NCBI RefSeq assembly: GCF_006345805.1
Contig: NW_021826905.1
Location: 1 to 11,862 of the forward strand
Direction of reading: 5' to 3'
Origin: Octopus sinensis
Taxonomy: Eukaryota
Length of the DNA stretch: 11,862 nucleotides
Shown here: positions 10,101 to 11,862 of the stretch, piece after piece
Position numbering within the stretch: position 1 is the stretch's first letter
Layout of the letters: each line of letters opens with the position of its first letter
Program-made: the position numbers and the translations under genes
The notes under the pieces: generated by a model
What the model was told of the DNA's origin: nothing
Seen by the model: only the letters and a program-made list of their open reading frames with translations
Database searches by the model: none

Positions 10101-10960
10101 CCAAATCCACTCACAAGGCATTGGTCGGCCCGTGGCTATAGCAGAAGACACTTGCCCAAGATGCCACGCAGTGGGACTGAACCCGGAACCATGTGGTTGG
10201 TAAACAAGCTACTTACCACACAGCCACTCCTATGCCTATTTATATAATATATACGACAGGCTCTTTAGTTCCGTTCCGTCTACCAAATCCACTCACAAGG
10301 CATTGGTCGGCCCGTGGCTATAGCAGAAGACACTTGCCCAAGATGCCACGCAGTGGGACTGAACCCGGAACCATGTGGTTGGTAAACAAGCTACTTACCA
10401 CACAGCCACTCCTATGCCTATTTATATACATATATACGACAGGCTTCTTTCAGTTTCCGTCTACCAAATCCACTCACAAGGCATTGGTCGGCCCGTGGCT
10501 ATAGCAGAAGACACTTGCCCAAGATGCCACGCAGTGGGACTGAACCCGGAACCATGTGGTTGGTAAACAAGCTACTTACACACAGCCACTCCTATGCCTA
10601 TTTATATACATATATACGACAGGCTTCTTTCAGTTTCCGTCTACCAAATCCACTCACAAGGCATTGGTCGGCCCGAGGTATAGCAGAAGACACTTGCCCA
10701 AGATGCTACGCAGTGGGACTGAACCCGGAACCATGTGGTTGGTTAGCAAGCTACTTACCACACAGCCACTCCTATGCCTATTTATATACATATATACGAC
10801 AGGCTTCTTTCAGTTTCCGTCTACCAAATCCACTCACAAGGCATTGGTCGGCCCGGGGCTATAGCAGAAGACACTTGCCCAAGATGCCACGCAGTGGGAC
10901 TGAACCCGGAACCATGTGGTTGGTTAGCAAGCTACTTACCACACAGCCACTCCTGCACCT
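6975..10960 (-). repeat. Tandem array of 22 x ~181-bp units, each the 5' head (tRNA-like promoter + core) of the SINE
   Basis: Marker gacaggc at 6991, 7172, 7353, 7535, 7716, 7897, 8079, 8259, 8440, 8624, 8806, 8990, 9174, 9354, 9535, 9714, 9895, 10075, 10255, 10438, 10618, 10798; array ends at tcctgcacct (10960). Confidence 0.97.
10896..10949 (-). promoter_or_regulatory. Pol III type-2 internal promoter (A box 10939-10949, B-box-like 10896-10906); repeated in each array unit
   Basis: Minus strand TGGCTGTGTGG, 32-nt spacer, GGTTCAGTCCC; tRNA-like spacing, but both boxes deviate from consensus. Confidence 0.6.
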
Positions 10961-11028
10961 TTTTTTTTTTACACCTATTACACTCGTTTTGATTTCTGTT
11001 TTGGTAACCAGTAGTAAAAGTAACATTA

Positions 11029-11144
11029 ACCGATAGAATACCAGGTTTCAAAAAATGAGCCCTGGGATCGATTCATTCGACTAAAAATTCTCCAAGGCGG
11101 TGCCCCAGCATAGCCACAGGCTAATGACTCAAACAAGATACAAG
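11029..11144 (+). mobile_element. Diverged 3' fragment of a related SINE, opposite orientation to 6731-6856
   Basis: accgatagaata..ccagg..gggatcgattcattcgactaaaa..aaggcggtgccccagcatagccacagg..aatgactcaaacaag matches the reverse complement of 6740-6856. Confidence 0.8.
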
Positions 11145-11159
11145 CAAAATATACTGAAA

Positions 11160-11546
11160 CTAGCAGTACCGCCCGGCGTTGCTCGGGTTTGTAAGGGAAA
11201 TAACTATAAAGCATTTTTAGAGAGTTATAGCCAAAAGATAGCAAAAAAATGGAAAAAAAATTATGGTAAATTTTTTTTTTGAGAGTTAAAAAGGTCGAGT
11301 TGCGTCCCCTAGAAAGTCTGTGGTTTGTGTTTCTGATTCTCGACCCCATTTCGAATTTATCAATTTGTTTTCAGAACTGGGGGAACTTTTCAAAATTTTC
11401 GCTGCGTTAGTTTTGAATTATGACATTGGGCTATATGTGTGTCAAGTTTCATCAGAATCGGTTGAAAGCCGCGGTCAGGGTGAGGGTACAACCTGACAGA
11501 CACACAGACACGCACAGAGACAAACTGCCGTTTATATAGAGAGAGA
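11160..11546 (-). mobile_element. Non-autonomous Helitron, second copy (387 bp)
   Basis: Reverse complement of 6101-6485 with scattered differences; minus strand reads A|TCTCTCTCTATATAAA...cccgagcaacgccgggcggtactgCTAG|T. Confidence 0.88.
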
Positions 11547-11786
11547 TGACCTTAACGAAAGAAAGTGCGGTTACTCGGCTGATTAAAACTAGCAGCCAAA
11601 TCTTATCCTACCTTTTTACTTTAACATTTCTGAGGAAATATTACTTTCATTTTTATTTCCAAGAAGTGCTTACATTAGATACTATGACCAGCAAAACTTT
11701 CCAAGGCGATGTTTCGTTTGTCGTAGCACACGTTTCCGTCGATTTCCTCCGTCGATTTCCGTAAAAAATGTAAACACTGAATCGGC

Positions 11787-11862
11787 CATACATACATACA
11801 TACATACATACATACATACATACATACATACATACATACATACACACATACATACACACACA
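11787..11862. repeat. (CATA)n microsatellite
   Basis: Directly visible; runs to the window end. Confidence 0.95.

Noticed and set aside
6975-10960. CRISPR-like array
   Set aside because: Units are fully repeated with no unique spacers, no cas genes, eukaryotic SINE origin.
10890-10960. Functional tRNA gene cluster
   Set aside because: A/B-like boxes are present but I cannot fold a proper acceptor and anticodon stem; each head runs into SINE core sequence.
6878-11036. Many overlapping ORFs in the 181-bp array
   Set aside because: Antisense translation of the SINE head; a unit length not divisible by 3 cycles the same peptides through the frames.
6101-11546. One 5.4-kb DNA transposon with ~385-bp terminal inverted repeats
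   Set aside because: No target-site duplication at the outer ends (ttgttgatta vs tgaccttaac); each arm has complete Helitron hallmarks (TC, hairpin, CTAG, A|T).

Overview
Eukaryotic, repeat-only window with no intact protein-coding gene. The repeat families look like those of Octopus (cephalopod) genomes; this is recognition from memory, not a database result. (1) 1-4240: an (AAT)n microsatellite landing pad with five co-oriented, 5'-truncated 3' ends of restriction-like-endonuclease (RLE) non-LTR retrotransposons (R4/Dong type, about four lineages) plus a ~560 bp non-coding insert, each bounded by microsatellite (mostly (AAT)n) runs. Their divergent 3' UTRs share a two-part stem-loop. (2) 4241-5790: a minus-strand tRNA-derived SINE fragment, a compound GAT/AAT/AAG microsatellite and a 157-bp tandem repeat. 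(3) 6101-11546: two ~385-bp non-autonomous Helitrons in inverted orientation flanking a minus-strand SINE whose tRNA-like Pol III head is amplified into 22 tandem ~181-bp units in front of one 3' tail. All listed ORFs are retrotransposon fragments or repeat artefacts.
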